Positions 25,701 through 38,933 are shown, numbered from the whole stretch's first letter. The stretch: 49,815 nt of DNA, filler included, from Streblomastix strix (GCA_008636045.1; 3 parts of 3 records of this genome joined end to end with filler, not necessarily neighbours in it), one strand, 5' to 3'. Made by a program: numbers and translations. The notes: generated by a model from the sequence alone, not told the origin.

Positions 25701-28700
25701 ATTTTATTTACTTTGAAGAATTATTTGTATAGTTTCATTATCTTGTTCGGGAGTTTCTTAATTAATAAATATTTCAATTTAATTATCGGATCTAGCAATA
25801 TGTCCAACAACTGCTGCTGAAACATCATCTTTATTGTTGATGTTAATAAATTGCAGTATCTTTCGAAGTTATTTGTGTTTGAATAAAATTAAAGTTGTTT
25901 TAATATTAAGTAATTTAATTTCATCTTGATCAAAGAAATTGTTCATGTAAGTGGAGAGAATATATGTATAAATAATATTTGTTGGGAATTTTTCTGGAAG
26001 TGAATCAATTATTCTAAATATATGCTGAACTCTAGCTACAATTAATGTTAAATCAATTGGGTTTTTCTTTTCAATTTCAATCATATTAAAACTGTCCTTA
26101 TCGATGTTTTTCTACATTAATTTTTCTCCTTAACTGACAGCAAGCCCAGATAACTCATTTGCTTGATGAAGAACTTCAATAAAATAATGCAATTTGAAGA
26201 ATCTTTAAGAGAAAGGCGTTGCAATTCCATGAAAAGATTTAATTATGAAATCAACTTCAGCTAAAACAGAAACGGTCCTTTAAACGCCACTAATTTTCAA
26301 CTCTTTTAGCCATCCAAGAACAACTTATTCAAATTATTTCACAATTTTTTCAAGCTTAGGAATATTTTTCTCTTCATATTATTGAAGCCCCTAAGTTCTA
26401 TCATTCCCATTTGGATAAAGAGAACCAAAAAGATTATAAAGTTCAGTGTCTGCATCGTCAGTCCATTTTCTATTCTTCTCTTTTATGAGCCAATAAATAG
26501 CGACATATTCCAATTCGCCAGCCAATTTTGTGAATTCATCCCATCTATTCAAACTCTATGTTATTTTTTCTTTCCCAATTTCATTAATTATCTTTTCCAA
26601 ACTTTTTGAAATATCGTTTTGAGTTTCATTTAATTTAAAACATCGTATGAAAGATTTTTCTATTTCATATGCAATTCCTCTTGCAGTAAGTTATTAATTT
26701 CTAATTCCACGAGCAGCATTAACAATTCTATGAGGAGAAAAAGTGTCCTTTCTGAAAAGAAGTTTCTATGATTTACTCTTTTCATTTGCTTCACAGAAGA
26801 TTTTACTAAGCATTTTAGAAATTTGCACATTGTAAAGTCTAGCAGAATCAGTTTAGCTTAGAACGCTTTCAGCTAATTCTGCAAGTTGTTTCTCATCTTT
26901 AGCTGTTTCCATCTGTACACAAAAACATCTTGATCTAAGTGCTGGTGAAAGTTTTTTCAAATCATTGCATGTTATAAATATTTGAAATCCTTCAGCAATT
27001 TCAATATCTTCTTCATCTTTATTTTATTCCAAATCTCCACTTTAATTTTTATCTTCATCTTATGAATTGTCTCGTTTAACACCACGACCATGAAAGATGA
27101 TAGGTCTAACACCTTCATAGATTGCTAAAGTTGGTTCTTCTTCTAACAAAGACATCAAACGTTCAACTTCGTGTGGAGCTGATTCTACTCCATCTAACAA
27201 TATCCAACCTCCTTCTCGCATCATACTAAGCAAAACACCTTCTCTAAACACAAAATTTCTTGCAGACTGTTATTGAAACAGAGATATACGTTCAGTAAGA
27301 CTTTTTGAGTTATCAATAATCTTTTTAATATTTTTTTAATCTTATCCGGTTATAACCTCAAGAGAAATGTCTGATATTTTTTTTAATATAGAAGCAATGT
27401 CATTGATATCTGGTTAACTCTTATCGGCAAATGCAACCAGTTCTATGGAATAAGGTAATTTAAAATTGATGCAATTCCAAGCTATACTTTGAGCTTGTTA
27501 AATAATTTCTTTTTGTTCTTGCTCATTTCCATTAATTTCTAGTGATCCTATGATTGCAGAACTATCCGTGTCAGTATTGAACTAAATAACCTTTAAATTT
27601 CTACCGATTGTTTGTGCAAGGGTATGAATTACGTGTGTTTTTCCAGCACCACTCTCTCCAAACAATGCAACAGGTCGATGAGCCATCACACCAGCACCAA
27701 TCAAACACATTACTCTTCTTTATTCAACTGTGAGTGGAAGATCTAATGGACCATTAAGAGAATTTTATGGAAGAGGAAATTCAACTGTGTCTGATAAAAT
27801 GAGTGTGTCATTACGTACAAGTGGTATAGTATCGCCCTTTGTTGGTTTGATATCAACTTTTCCAAGAAGTTCTTCAGCTTTCAAATGATTAAATTGTGTT
27901 GAATAAACCAATTCAATTAATTGATCGGTCCGAAACTTTGGGCAGGCCTCGTGGAATTTATGCAAACGTTTCAATTCTCTGAGTGTAATTGAATCGCGCT
28001 CTGAAACTGTACCAGTTTCTTACTCAAGTAATAAAGCTGCAAGTTTATGTGCTTTCATAATTTTAGTTATGGCTGTTGATGATTCTTATGGATTTAGTGG
28101 GTCATAAAGTATATCTTATGCTAATGCATCCATCTCGATATCATTGAATGGAATGAGACGAAGAAGATGTGAAGCACCTTGTAGTTTTGTGCTTAAAGCT
28201 GAACGAGCATTTGATAGTGCAGCACTGTTCATTGTTGCAATGATTGTTATTGGTTTATGATTCACTTCTTTTCCATTCGGTAGGAAATATCGACCACTTT
28301 TTCCCATCTCCAACATGAATGATTCAACGACTTCAAGTAAATGTGGTTCTGCAAGATTTATCTCATCAATTAGAATGGCTTATGATGGTAAACTTTGATT
28401 GTCTTAATCTTTTGCACTCATTTCCATAGCAGCGGTTAGAGGTCCATTTATAAATTAAGTTGTAAACCCACCGTCTTTCTAAGCCATAGGCATGTCTCTA
28501 CCAAACAAATCTTCAACTGTTGTAGTTGGAGAGAGGTTTATTCGAGTACATTACAAACCTAGAGCTAATAAAACACTTTAAGCAATTGCTGTTTTTCCTC
28601 TTCCAGGTGATCCTTCAAAGATTGTTATCGCTTTAGCGGCAATTGCAGTCATAATAGCATCAGCCATGTCTACAGCACTTCGGGTCCATATTACAGAATC

Positions 28701-31700
28701 AAGAACTTTAATTGAAGCATTTGGATGAACTGGAATTTTAATGCCACTAATTTTACATTCTATCAATTTTTGCCCTTGTGATATTTTTTGGTTAGTGATT
28801 GAAAGAGGGCATTATTATACTGGACTTTCTTTTGCATCTGTCAATATAATATAACTGAGCTTATCTGAAATATGATGAGACAGAACATCAAAAGTTACTC
28901 TTCTGCGATCATTATCTGTGAGAGCATCAACAATTGTTCGAAGTGCAGCAATTCCAGCAGCTTCGTTTGGAGTTAAGATTTGGGTTTCAATCAAAGCAAC
29001 GGCTGTTCGACACCAGCGGATATATTCAGTGATCGTTAAATTTACATGTGATTTAATAAGGCCTCTATGAATATCATTGATTGCCTTTATCATATCTTAA
29101 TTATTCTAAGTAATCCCTTCTGCAATTATATATAAGTCTTAAAATTCAGAATCATTTTCATTATTTAGATCTTCATTATTTTCATTATTTTCCTAAACAG
29201 ATGGGAAATAAGGTATTTAGCTGATTTTTAAATTGTAGGAGGTGGCATAGATGCTTGTGAAGCGAGATAAAAGTGGTCCAGATAAACTCATTCTTCCAGA
29301 CTCAGTAGTTGTTGCAGTTAATGAAAACCCAGAATTGATTGGAGCAGATCTTGTTCTTGTTTTGTTTACTTCATTCAAAATAGTTTCATCATTAAATATC
29401 TACTGAGTGTCTTCAACAATCACCAATGAACGTGGATCTTCAAGAAGTGAATTCATTCTTTCAAGTATAGAAGCAGGAGGAAGATGTATTGACTGAAGTA
29501 AAAGTGGAGTGCCAAGAACAGCAGATAATGTCATCACATTGGGAATAAATTATGTAATAATCTAAATACCTGGAGTTGATGCGCTAGAAGAGGAAGAAGA
29601 TGTTGATGATGTAGTTTCTTACTTTTAGTCCTCTTATATCTTTTCACGCATTTTATTCAGACATTTCTATAAATATAAAACAGCTCTATACATTTCGTTC
29701 TTCTTCTCTAATTCTTTTTAATTGACTTCATTTTCTTCATCTTATATTTCATTCTTTAAAATTGATGCTATTTCAATTGCTAGTTATTCCCCATTTAATT
29801 TCTTATCAATATAACCTATACTTTTGAGAACGTCAATTATCAAATTTGAAAGATTTTTTGTTTTATTATCAAAGAGTTATGGCGTGCTTATACTTGTTGA
29901 TCCAACCAATTCGCTTATTTATGTTTCACGTGTCATGTGGAATATATTTCTATTTTTTGGAAGGAGAAATTCTAACGCAGTTGTTTTGTAGCATGTTGGT
30001 CCAACAAGAAGAACACTCTCGTGTGGAATTTGGTCATCTGGCGTTCCTGTCCAACGAATCCAGAACAAGATATCCACCAATGGTTAAGGGAATTTGGTTA
30101 GTTTATCAATCTTCAAAGCAATATGACCTCTCTCTAAATAAAATCCAGAAGATGTTTTGCTGAAATGTGTTTTACTTAATACTAAATTATTTGCATCTTC
30201 TATTGATCCACCAAATATTTTGACTGTTTGATCAATCATCTCATTCTAACGATCTTCATCTAAAGTATGACCACTCAAGATAAACGATAAAGCTACATCT
30301 GAAACTGAAATTGGTTTGATTTCTTTTGAAATTTCAGAATCATTTGGTTTATATCCAACAAAATCGTTTGCTCGTCTTAAAAATCTTCTTATATTTCTTA
30401 AAGACCATTTTATGTGAAGAATTTCATTCAATTTTTTGATATACTGTTGAAGAGCAGAAGAAGTTAATCCTAATTATTTAACATTTGGATAATCAACTTT
30501 CATTATCTAATCAATCAATCCTTCCATATCATTTGCACTTGGATTAGAAACAATAAATCTTTGGAGAAGTGAATCTACAAATTGTGGAATTTTTACACGA
30601 CCTCGTTCGCTGTCTTCGTTTCCAGTTGCCACAAATAGAAAACCACAAGCAACCGTTATTGGATCTCGAATTTCTGGATGAGTGAATGTATCACCTGGAC
30701 GAGCTGTTAAGAAAGGAACTAATGCAATCATCACAGCAGGTGTCAATAAGTTGAATTCATCAGCAAGAAACACAAATCCTTGTCTTGCTGCTTATACAAT
30801 AGGTCCTTCAACAAAACGAAATCCACTCTTCTCAAATACCAAACTTCCAATAAACTACTCTACTTGAGTCTCTCCACTACATGATACTGATAATACTGGG
30901 TTTCTAGAATTGAAAGTTCGATTTGCACTGAAATGTCTCACAGCTTCTGTTTTCCCACATCCTGGCTCTCCTTATAAGAATAATGGCCATCCTGTTGCTG
31001 ATGAAATTGTAAGAGCTGCGATACTCTACCACATTGGAGCCTTGTGATCACCTTAATAAAAGAACCTTTGTCCAGATTTGGGTAAGTCTAATGTTTTTTG
31101 AATTAATATTTCAGTGTGACTAGAAGCTAATGAATCTGGTTAATGCTAGCAAATATTTATTAGATCTGAATTTTATAATTTTGCAATTATTCCAAATGTA
31201 AAACAAGTTGCTTAAGAAAGAAAAGCCACATCTCGAACTGTAGTCGTAGTTGGAAGAACTTTTGCAATTGTTTTGGAAAGTTGAGTTACCTCATCTTGTT
31301 TTGGAATGAAAGCTTGGAGACCTTTTGGTAAATCATCATTTTTTATTGTTTGCATTTTAAAGGCAGACTTCTGAATAGCTGCTTATGAAATCTAGATTCG
31401 TAAATCTTCTTTAGTTAGTTCTGGTGGTTCAACTGCAATTGTGACAAATCGATTCCGAAGTGCGAGTGATATTGCAGGTGTTTATCTGACTGTGTTGGTT
31501 GTTAATGTTGCAATCACTACAAATCCTTAAGTGGCTTTTTGTTCAGTAGATTCGCCCTTTTCTGGAACAAGGAATATTGTTTTCTCTCTTCGTGCATTCT
31601 TCTCTAGAATTGGATTGAGTCTTTCAGTTACTTGTGCTTTGGCTTCATCTATTCTATCTAATATCATCGGAGTACCAGATTCAGCTGCTTTAAGAAGAGG

Positions 31701-33191
31701 TCCATTTTCCCATTTAATCAATTTTGTTAGATCAGTTTCATTGCTTTTCATCTCTTAAGGTTTAAATTATCCAATAATATTTTCAACAGTTGATTCTGGG
31801 CCAAGAAGAACTGTTGGAATTTCATCTTATTCTTTTATTTATGACTTGTTCTTGATAAATAACGAAACAAATCTTGCTATTGTACTAAGACCACATCCAC
31901 TTGGTCCTTCAAGAAGAACATGAAGTCCATTTCGTGCTGCAACAATTGCATATACAGCTACATCAATGAATTGAGGATGAGGATGAATATGCTTTTCTAT
32001 TGCTGCTTTAGTTGTCTCATCGCGAAGTTATTTGAAATTGTCACTACTTCCAAGTGCATCTAACTATGCATTGAATTAAGTTCTGTCTTTAGAAGGTATT
32101 TAAGCAAGATAAGATACAAAACAGGCATCTCGTGTATTAATTTTATCATCTTCCATAAGATCCAGTACTGCATTAAAATTCCGAAGAGTCATAGCAACAT
32201 TATTCTAATTGGATGAATAAAAGTTCACAACTCTTTAATGAACATCGACTATACTATTTATGATATTTTATATTTCATTACTATTCTTCAATTTATTTAA
32301 TTAACTCTTTGGTCTTGAAGCAGCTTTTTTCATAAGTTCATTAAATATATCTTCACATTCTTTTCGTTCCATTGCTGGAAATGAAATTGTATGAAATCTT
32401 GCAAGCACTTCAGATGGAAGAATATTTCTCTGCTAAGCTGTGAAACCTTCAGTTTCTCCATTAAGCGTTGCAATTACTCGAAAATTTTTATGTCTATGGA
32501 TCTGTTTCCCTTCAACTTCAATCGTTGTTCCATCCAGAGCAGAAAGAATGGATGATAAAACTTTAGGAGGGCAAAGATCAAACTCATCCAATAATAACAC
32601 TTTTCCTGATTTATAAGCTTCAGCAAGAACTCCCAAAACATAAGAAAGCATCGAAGCGCCTTATCGTCGAAGTATCTTCCTTCCTAAAAGGTCACCAACT
32701 TCAGTTTATTCACTTAAGGCATAAATAAGTGGAAGCTAATTAAATAATCCAACAGATGCAGCTTAAGCTGTTAGACTCTTAGATGCGCTTGTTGGTCCTT
32801 GAATAAGAAGAGGAATTCCTGAATTAAGAGCGTGTATAACTATATCTAATCGAGCTTTGGAACTTTATGTTATTATGAACCTTGGTATTTATTTAGCAAT
32901 TTGTCCATTACGAATTATTTCTTCTGCAAATTCTGGCTTTGATTTACCTTCACGAATATTAGCAATCAATTTAGAAGATTCCGTAAGAAGGTTGTCTGAT
33001 GAAATTTATGTTTAGAATAAATCTTCTCGATCACAATAGAATCCGCATGTATTTGCATCTCCTGGTGTGTATTAATTAGATTCATAGTTTAATTTTATTT
33101 TGGGTTTTGTTTTTAAATTTTCTGTTTAGTCTTTGAAATAAATGAGGGCATCAATAGCTGCATTATAGCGTGAGTCATCTGATGAAATGTT
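16788..33191 (-). CDS. Giant midasin-like AAA+ protein (6 AAA modules, linker, 3 VWA domains, GATase-like domain), >5,460 aa, 5'-truncated by contig end
   Basis: Fourteen minus-strand ORF-track fragments with starts from 32651 to 18197 all share one frame with the TGA at 16788-16790. Walker A-like motifs: GPTSASKS (~32790), GPSGCGLS (~31900), GEPGCGKT (~30960), GPTCYKT (~29995), GSPGRGKT (~28600), GESGAGKT (~27650). Midasin-like signatures include 'WENGPLLKAAESG', 'ERLNPILE' and 'FREGVLLSMMREGGWILLD'. VWA motifs: VDISASM (~20190), FVIDST (~19080), VLDGSGSM (~17250). Not every codon was checked for TGA. Confidence 0.9.
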
Positions 33192-33193
33192 GA

Positions 33194-33293
33194 NNNNNNN
33201 NNNNNNNNNNNNNNNNNNNNNNNNNNNNNNNNNNNNNTTAATTAATTAANNNNNNNNNNNNNNNNNNNNNNNNNNNNNNNNNNNNNNNNNNNN
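33194..33293. other. Artificial contig linker (N run with TTAATTAATTAA at 33238-33249)
   Basis: Same 100-nt spacer design as 16560-16659. Confidence 0.95.
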
Positions 33294-33934
33294 AATATTT
33301 GGAATAATTTATATATAAATAAAAATTGAAGTATGGCTAATATCTAAGACAAGAGTTAGAAGCGTAATAAATTCGAAATTTAAAATGCAATTTTATCAAT
33401 ATACTCAATATAAATTTGCTTCGATATGAACTTTTTACTCATTATTTTACAATTTTATTTAATAAAACATACAATATTTTTTAAAAGTTGTTGTGTGAAG
33501 CTAATTTATAATATTACAAAATGTAACTGAACGACAAAACATTACACTAAATAGATATATGCAGACTATTACATTTAATCTTTATAACAAGATTTCAAAA
33601 AATCTACATATTTCAATTAATAGCCTTTTCTTAAAAGCTCATTCAAAATATTTCGCATAATTTCACTTCTGGCAAATGTTACAAATATCCAAATATGATT
33701 TAAATAAGTTATTTTACAACTTCAATTGACAGGACACTTAGTTTGATACTAATCTTACCATAAACATGATATTAAATTTCCAGAAAAAACGAAATTTTTT
33801 TTCCTTAAAAAACACTCTTTTCCGCCCTTCCCGCATATTTTGCACATATAATATCCTCCTTTTTATTCTTTCTCTTATAATTGTCATATTTATTATTTAA
33901 ATCTATATTTTTTATAATAAATGAACAAGGATAA

Positions 33935-34612
33935 ATGCATTCTGAATAAAGAATCTAAGATGCTGCTAGAGCCATACTTTCCTTCACTGATTCATACACA
34001 AATAGCAAAGAAAGAAAATAAAAAGAATAATCGGATTCAACACCTTCTCTAAGTAAAATTATTTCTTCACTTCAAACCCTTAAACATCAAATTGGGTATA
34101 ATAATACCTTAAAATAAGTTATTCAATTTCCTAAACTTCTACAATCACTCTCAGCACTTTCCAGATTCAAAGTTGGTACTCACTTAAAGGAAGAAGCAAA
34201 TAAATAGAGCTTAGAAGTGAGAAATAAATGTAGAGATTGTCTTTGGTGTATTCAAATCTATGGCGATGAATAAGTCCAATCAGAACTTGTAAATGTTGGA
34301 TATGGAAGAATTATGTCCATTACATATAGCACAGCAGGAGGAATTGGTGAGGAACAAGATGAGGAGATATACAATGGATTATGTTACATCTTCAATTTAT
34401 TTAAAGAACTAAATGAAGGTAGAAATAATTGGTAAACATCATTCCAACCACTTCCATTACTTGTTCAAAGATCTGAAGAGTAAATAGAAGAAGAAGGAGC
34501 AATTGAAGAATTAGAAGCTTAATTGGATAATAAAGGAATAAATGGTCACATCAAGTATTGCGCAAACATGGCCAAAGCTCCTTCACTGAACCATTTCATT
34601 CACAGAGGCTGA
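33935..34612 (+). CDS. Lineage-specific hypothetical helical protein (~225 aa), intronless
   Basis: Open frame with TAR=Gln: MHSEQRIQDAARAILSFTDSY...KLLQSLSALSRFKVGTHL...YGDEQVQSELVNVGYGRIMSITYSTAGGIGEEQDEEIYNGL...QPLPLLVQRSEEQIEEEGA...LNHFIHRG* (TGA 34610-34612). From memory it resembles a highly expanded Streblomastix hypothetical family; not verified by search. Confidence 0.8.
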
Positions 34613-35469
34613 ATATGACCAGTTTTGCATGTTCAGTTTTTTCTATTTTTCATTTTAGAACAAACAAGCATTTCATACTAATTAGTACGATCTATTTTTT
34701 GGTTACTTAATTTTATATTAAATATACTGCTATAATAATCAAATATTTTATCAGTTGTTTAGAAATACTTTTATTAATGAGTAATTTAAACCGAAAATAT
34801 ATAATAGACGTCTTGATTAGCGTTTTATTTTACTCAGATAATAAAATAAAAATCAATCAAAATTATATTTCTAATGTTTTCCAAACTTTATTTTAAGTAA
34901 ATTAGACTCTGATTTGACAACAAATAGTAAAGTAGCAGAACATTATTAAAAGAGATAATTCAAAATAAGATAATGATGTATCAAATAAATAAGTTTATTT
35001 TTACGTTACTGTTCTATTTTAGTTCTGAAATTGATAAATGAAATGAAGACAAAATAATAAATGGTAATAATATATTAAATTTTACATTACAGCGTAAAGC
35101 TGTGTTAGATTTGCATAAGTTAAATAAGAATAAATAAAAATATGAATAAGACTATGATTTAGTAATTATATATATACAGAAAATTTGATAATAGATGATT
35201 AAATTAATAAAACAAAATAAAATAAAATAAAAAATAGATATATATATTAAACATTAATTATTAAATACGTAATTGGAAAAACTGCTAATAAAATCAAGTC
35301 GCTTATCAAAGAAAATTGAAAAAAAACATTAAAATCGAAATAATAAATCAATGTTTATTTTTATAATACTGAAGAAATTAAAATAATAATTCTCTTTTAG
35401 AATATATATTATTAGTGTTTAGATTATAATTTCAGATATTAGATGTTATTAAAGAGAATCAAATTAATA

Positions 35470-36096
35470 TCAGACTTCAGAATATGATAAGATCTAACTA
35501 TACAATCTGATAAACTATTACTCATCCAATGAAACATTGAAATCGAGTTGCATGTAGAATTCCATCTCGCTTTAATTGAGTAACTCCAAACTCATTCCAA
35601 ATGACTTAGCCCACCAAATGTTGCTCTTCATCTCCGTTGGATCACGAAGAATCTTCATTGCAAGAATCACAGCACAGATTAGTGTAGTTCCTATGTTACT
35701 ATCGGCTATCATAATGCAGTCATTATCTTCAATAAAATCTTAGATTTCTGAATTCACCAATTTCTGAACTAAATAAATCGTATATATCAATTCAGATCCT
35801 GACAGTTAAGCAAAATCATAGATGTAAGAGAAGAAACTCTTGATCTTGAGAAAAAGTGATTCATTCTTCAATTATTAATCTAATGAAGTTTCTTATTAGT
35901 ACAGAACATTTGAGAGTAGCTTCATTAAATAGTACGAGGAGGATTTGATTAAACTTTATTTTGGAGGCATTTCTAGCGAGCTGATATTATCTAATCTAAG
36001 GTGATTGATATGCGATAGAACCTAGTTATCAATATGTAGCTATTTAGTGGGTACAACTGTAAACTCAGACATCGGCGTTTGCTTAATTAAAGTCAT
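35470..36096 (-). CDS. Pho80/Pcl (cyclin P/U-type) cyclin, 208 aa, intronless
   Basis: ATG 36096 to TGA 35470 with TAR=Gln. Cyclin-box motif TLICAVILAMKILRD...SNIWWAKSFGMSLELLNQSEMEFYMQLDFNVSL matches the Pho80-family pattern K..D...N..WA...G.....LN..E..FL..LDF.L. Confidence 0.85.
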
Positions 36097-38629
36097 TTAT
36101 TAAAAAACTCTGAAATATTATAAATTATGGTTTAAAAAAATGTTAAGAAATAATAAAACTGAATAGAATTTCAATTTAATACAAAATAAAATTAATATTA
36201 AGGAGTGTTTATTTATTGGAGAGCTTTAAAATGTAAATTTTTGATATGAAAAATGTTATATTTTTTATAAAACATTCAATTATTCAAATTTGTAATAAGT
36301 GTATTTAAAATTTGTAATTAAAAATATAATTTAATAAATTTTGTTTGAAAATTGTAAATTATGATTGAATGAAGAGTATTAAGCAAATAAATAAACTCTC
36401 ACTCTATATAGTTATAATCAGGATAATGATGTTGTTAATAATATTATTAATATTACACATTCCAATTTCTATTAATCTAAATTTATTCCACCAACTATCA
36501 GGTTCAATTTTTAGTTTATATATTTTCATATCATTATCGTAGAATTTATTAAAACTAGAAAGAACCGGCAAAAATAATAAATTAAAAAATAATTCAGGAA
36601 AGTTTGTAATAGTGATGGGCAATTTACCCGAAACTAGTAACCGGTACCCACCGGCAAAGTTTAAAATACCCGAGCTTTAAAAAATATATTTTTTTTAATC
36701 AATTATTTTTTATCTAAAGTTTCTTTAATTTTGTTTATTTCAAAAAAATATATTAAAATATTTTTATTATCATACGTTTCGCATTAATTCAAATAGAAAT
36801 AATTTATAAATTATCTAAAATATAGTAAAACATAAAAAGTTTCAAAATGAAAAAAGAGTTGAGAGATTTTTAGATAATAAAGTATCTATTTCATATCATA
36901 TTAATTAAATTTTCACACTATTATCAAAATATTAAACTAAGGTAAAGTAAATTTCAAATATTTAACTATTTAGGTAAAATTTTTCGAAAAATAAAATTAA
37001 TTTTGCTATTTTTTTATGATCACTGTTGATGTTTATATAGCAATTTTGTTACATTTATGAGATGGATCATGCTATTAAATAATTTAAATTAAATATTCAA
37101 AATAAATGTATCCTCGATTTTCTGCGTAATCTTGGATAAAATATTTTCACAAAAAAATTTTACCCGAAAATTAAAAATATTAGTTATGACTCAATAACTA
37201 AGATATAGTATTTGAAACTATATAATAAATATGTTTAGTAAAAACATTCGGAGAATGTAAAATTGTGGCGTATCATGGTTATATCGGATATGGGGAAACA
37301 AGTCATTTTTATTTCTAAAAATAATTTTGCCCGACAGTATTAGTCAAAGCAAATCAGATAAAATTTACCCAGATATATCTCAGAGTTAAAAATAATATCA
37401 AAACGTTACATTAATTTATTTTATATCAAAAATGCAATTAAAATGTGTTTTTATTTACCTGCACTTCAAGATCTGTAGGAATTTAATAGAAGAAAAATTT
37501 AAATTTTTGCAGAGACTCATCGTATTTTTGGTGTAACAGTAACTATAATTCAAACATTTAGGACGTTATAAACTATTTATTATCAAAATATTGAAAAATT
37601 TAAATGTATTTATATAAATATCAAATAAATACATAAAAATGACAGTTTTTAATTGATTTTTTCAATATTTACTATTTTTTTAATAATTTTAATAATTATT
37701 GAACATATTCATAATTTTTACAACTGTAAACAATAATGAATACATATTGCTGTACGATTTAAATGAATTTTATTTAACTTTTGAATATATTTGTTTTTAT
37801 TCGAATTATTTTAACTCAAATAAATTAAGAAATGGTTTGATTAATGTGAAGTTGTCCTGTATTAGGAAACTCAGAGTAATACTCGATTTGTTTGAAAAAA
37901 TTGCTTTTATTTATTTATTTTTAATTTATTCTTTTTAAATATATATTTTGAATATTAAATTACCTAATAAACAATGAAGACCATGAACAAAAATAAAAAA
38001 AAAGAAATTGAAACGAAATTGAATTAAATTTGATAATCTTGAGAATGAAGTTACAATCAGGAAACAATTAAATTTACATCTAAATGTTTTTAATCTGTTA
38101 AAAGGTTGATATTTATTTAATTTAAACATATAAATAATAATTATATCGAGTAATAAATTATCTTAACAATGCTTAAATCTGCTTAATAATAAAATAAGAT
38201 GAAGGAGGAATAATAGTTACAAACGAACTAATCAATATTGCTGAGAAAATGAAGGAATATCGGAAACAGAATTTCTATTATTAAATATTTTAATGAAGAG
38301 ACTCCAAAACTAAAGACTTTATTCAGTAAAAACTTTAAATGGATTAAAAATTAAAGTATGTAGTGGGTTTCCTAAAAAAATTGAGGAGAGTAGCTGAAAA
38401 CTATATGAATATTAACAAAAAATGAGTGGAATATGTAGATTTTAAATATAATCAAATATTAGTAAAAATTTCATCCAGTAAACTCAATTTTAATTATTCT
38501 ATATTAATTATTTCTTTATATTTTTAAAAATAAATGAATTGTTTGGGTTAAGGCACTTAACTTAAATTTTCACATAGACATTTTAATAATTCGCCTTGAA
38601 AATACAGCTGAACAAAACGAGATTAAAAA

Positions 38630-38933
38630 AATGGCAGATCCCGGGTGGATATTACAGAATGACCCGAGCAACCCCGGATGATATTTGAACCTAAGATATG
38701 ATGATATAATATATATATAGAAATATTATTAAACAATTTTATAAAAACTAATTGAATTTTAGAAATAAATAATTTTTTATGAAAATATTTTTTTTTCTTA
38801 TTAAAATTCATAAAAAATTGATTTTTTAATAGTATATACATAGAATTATATCTATAACACCTGAGATTACCCGTGACGAAGATTTTGAAAACTCGGGAAA
38901 TCCGGGACAATCCGGAATTTTCTGCCAGCCCTA
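38630..38933. mobile_element. hAT-like MITE (~300 bp) with clustered ccgg/cccg subterminal motifs
   Basis: The right end reads TAGGGCTGGCAGA on the minus strand; the left end 'atggcagatcccggg' is a partial match. GC-rich ccgg/cccg clusters at both ends flank an AT-rich core. No TSD found. Confidence 0.45.

Noticed and set aside
17197..31758. Plus-strand and off-frame short ORFs in contig 2
   Set aside because: Shadows of the giant minus-strand gene.
37250..37560. Possible Tc1/mariner transposase remnant (IMV...IGYG-like)
   Set aside because: Too degraded; no DDE triad could be read.
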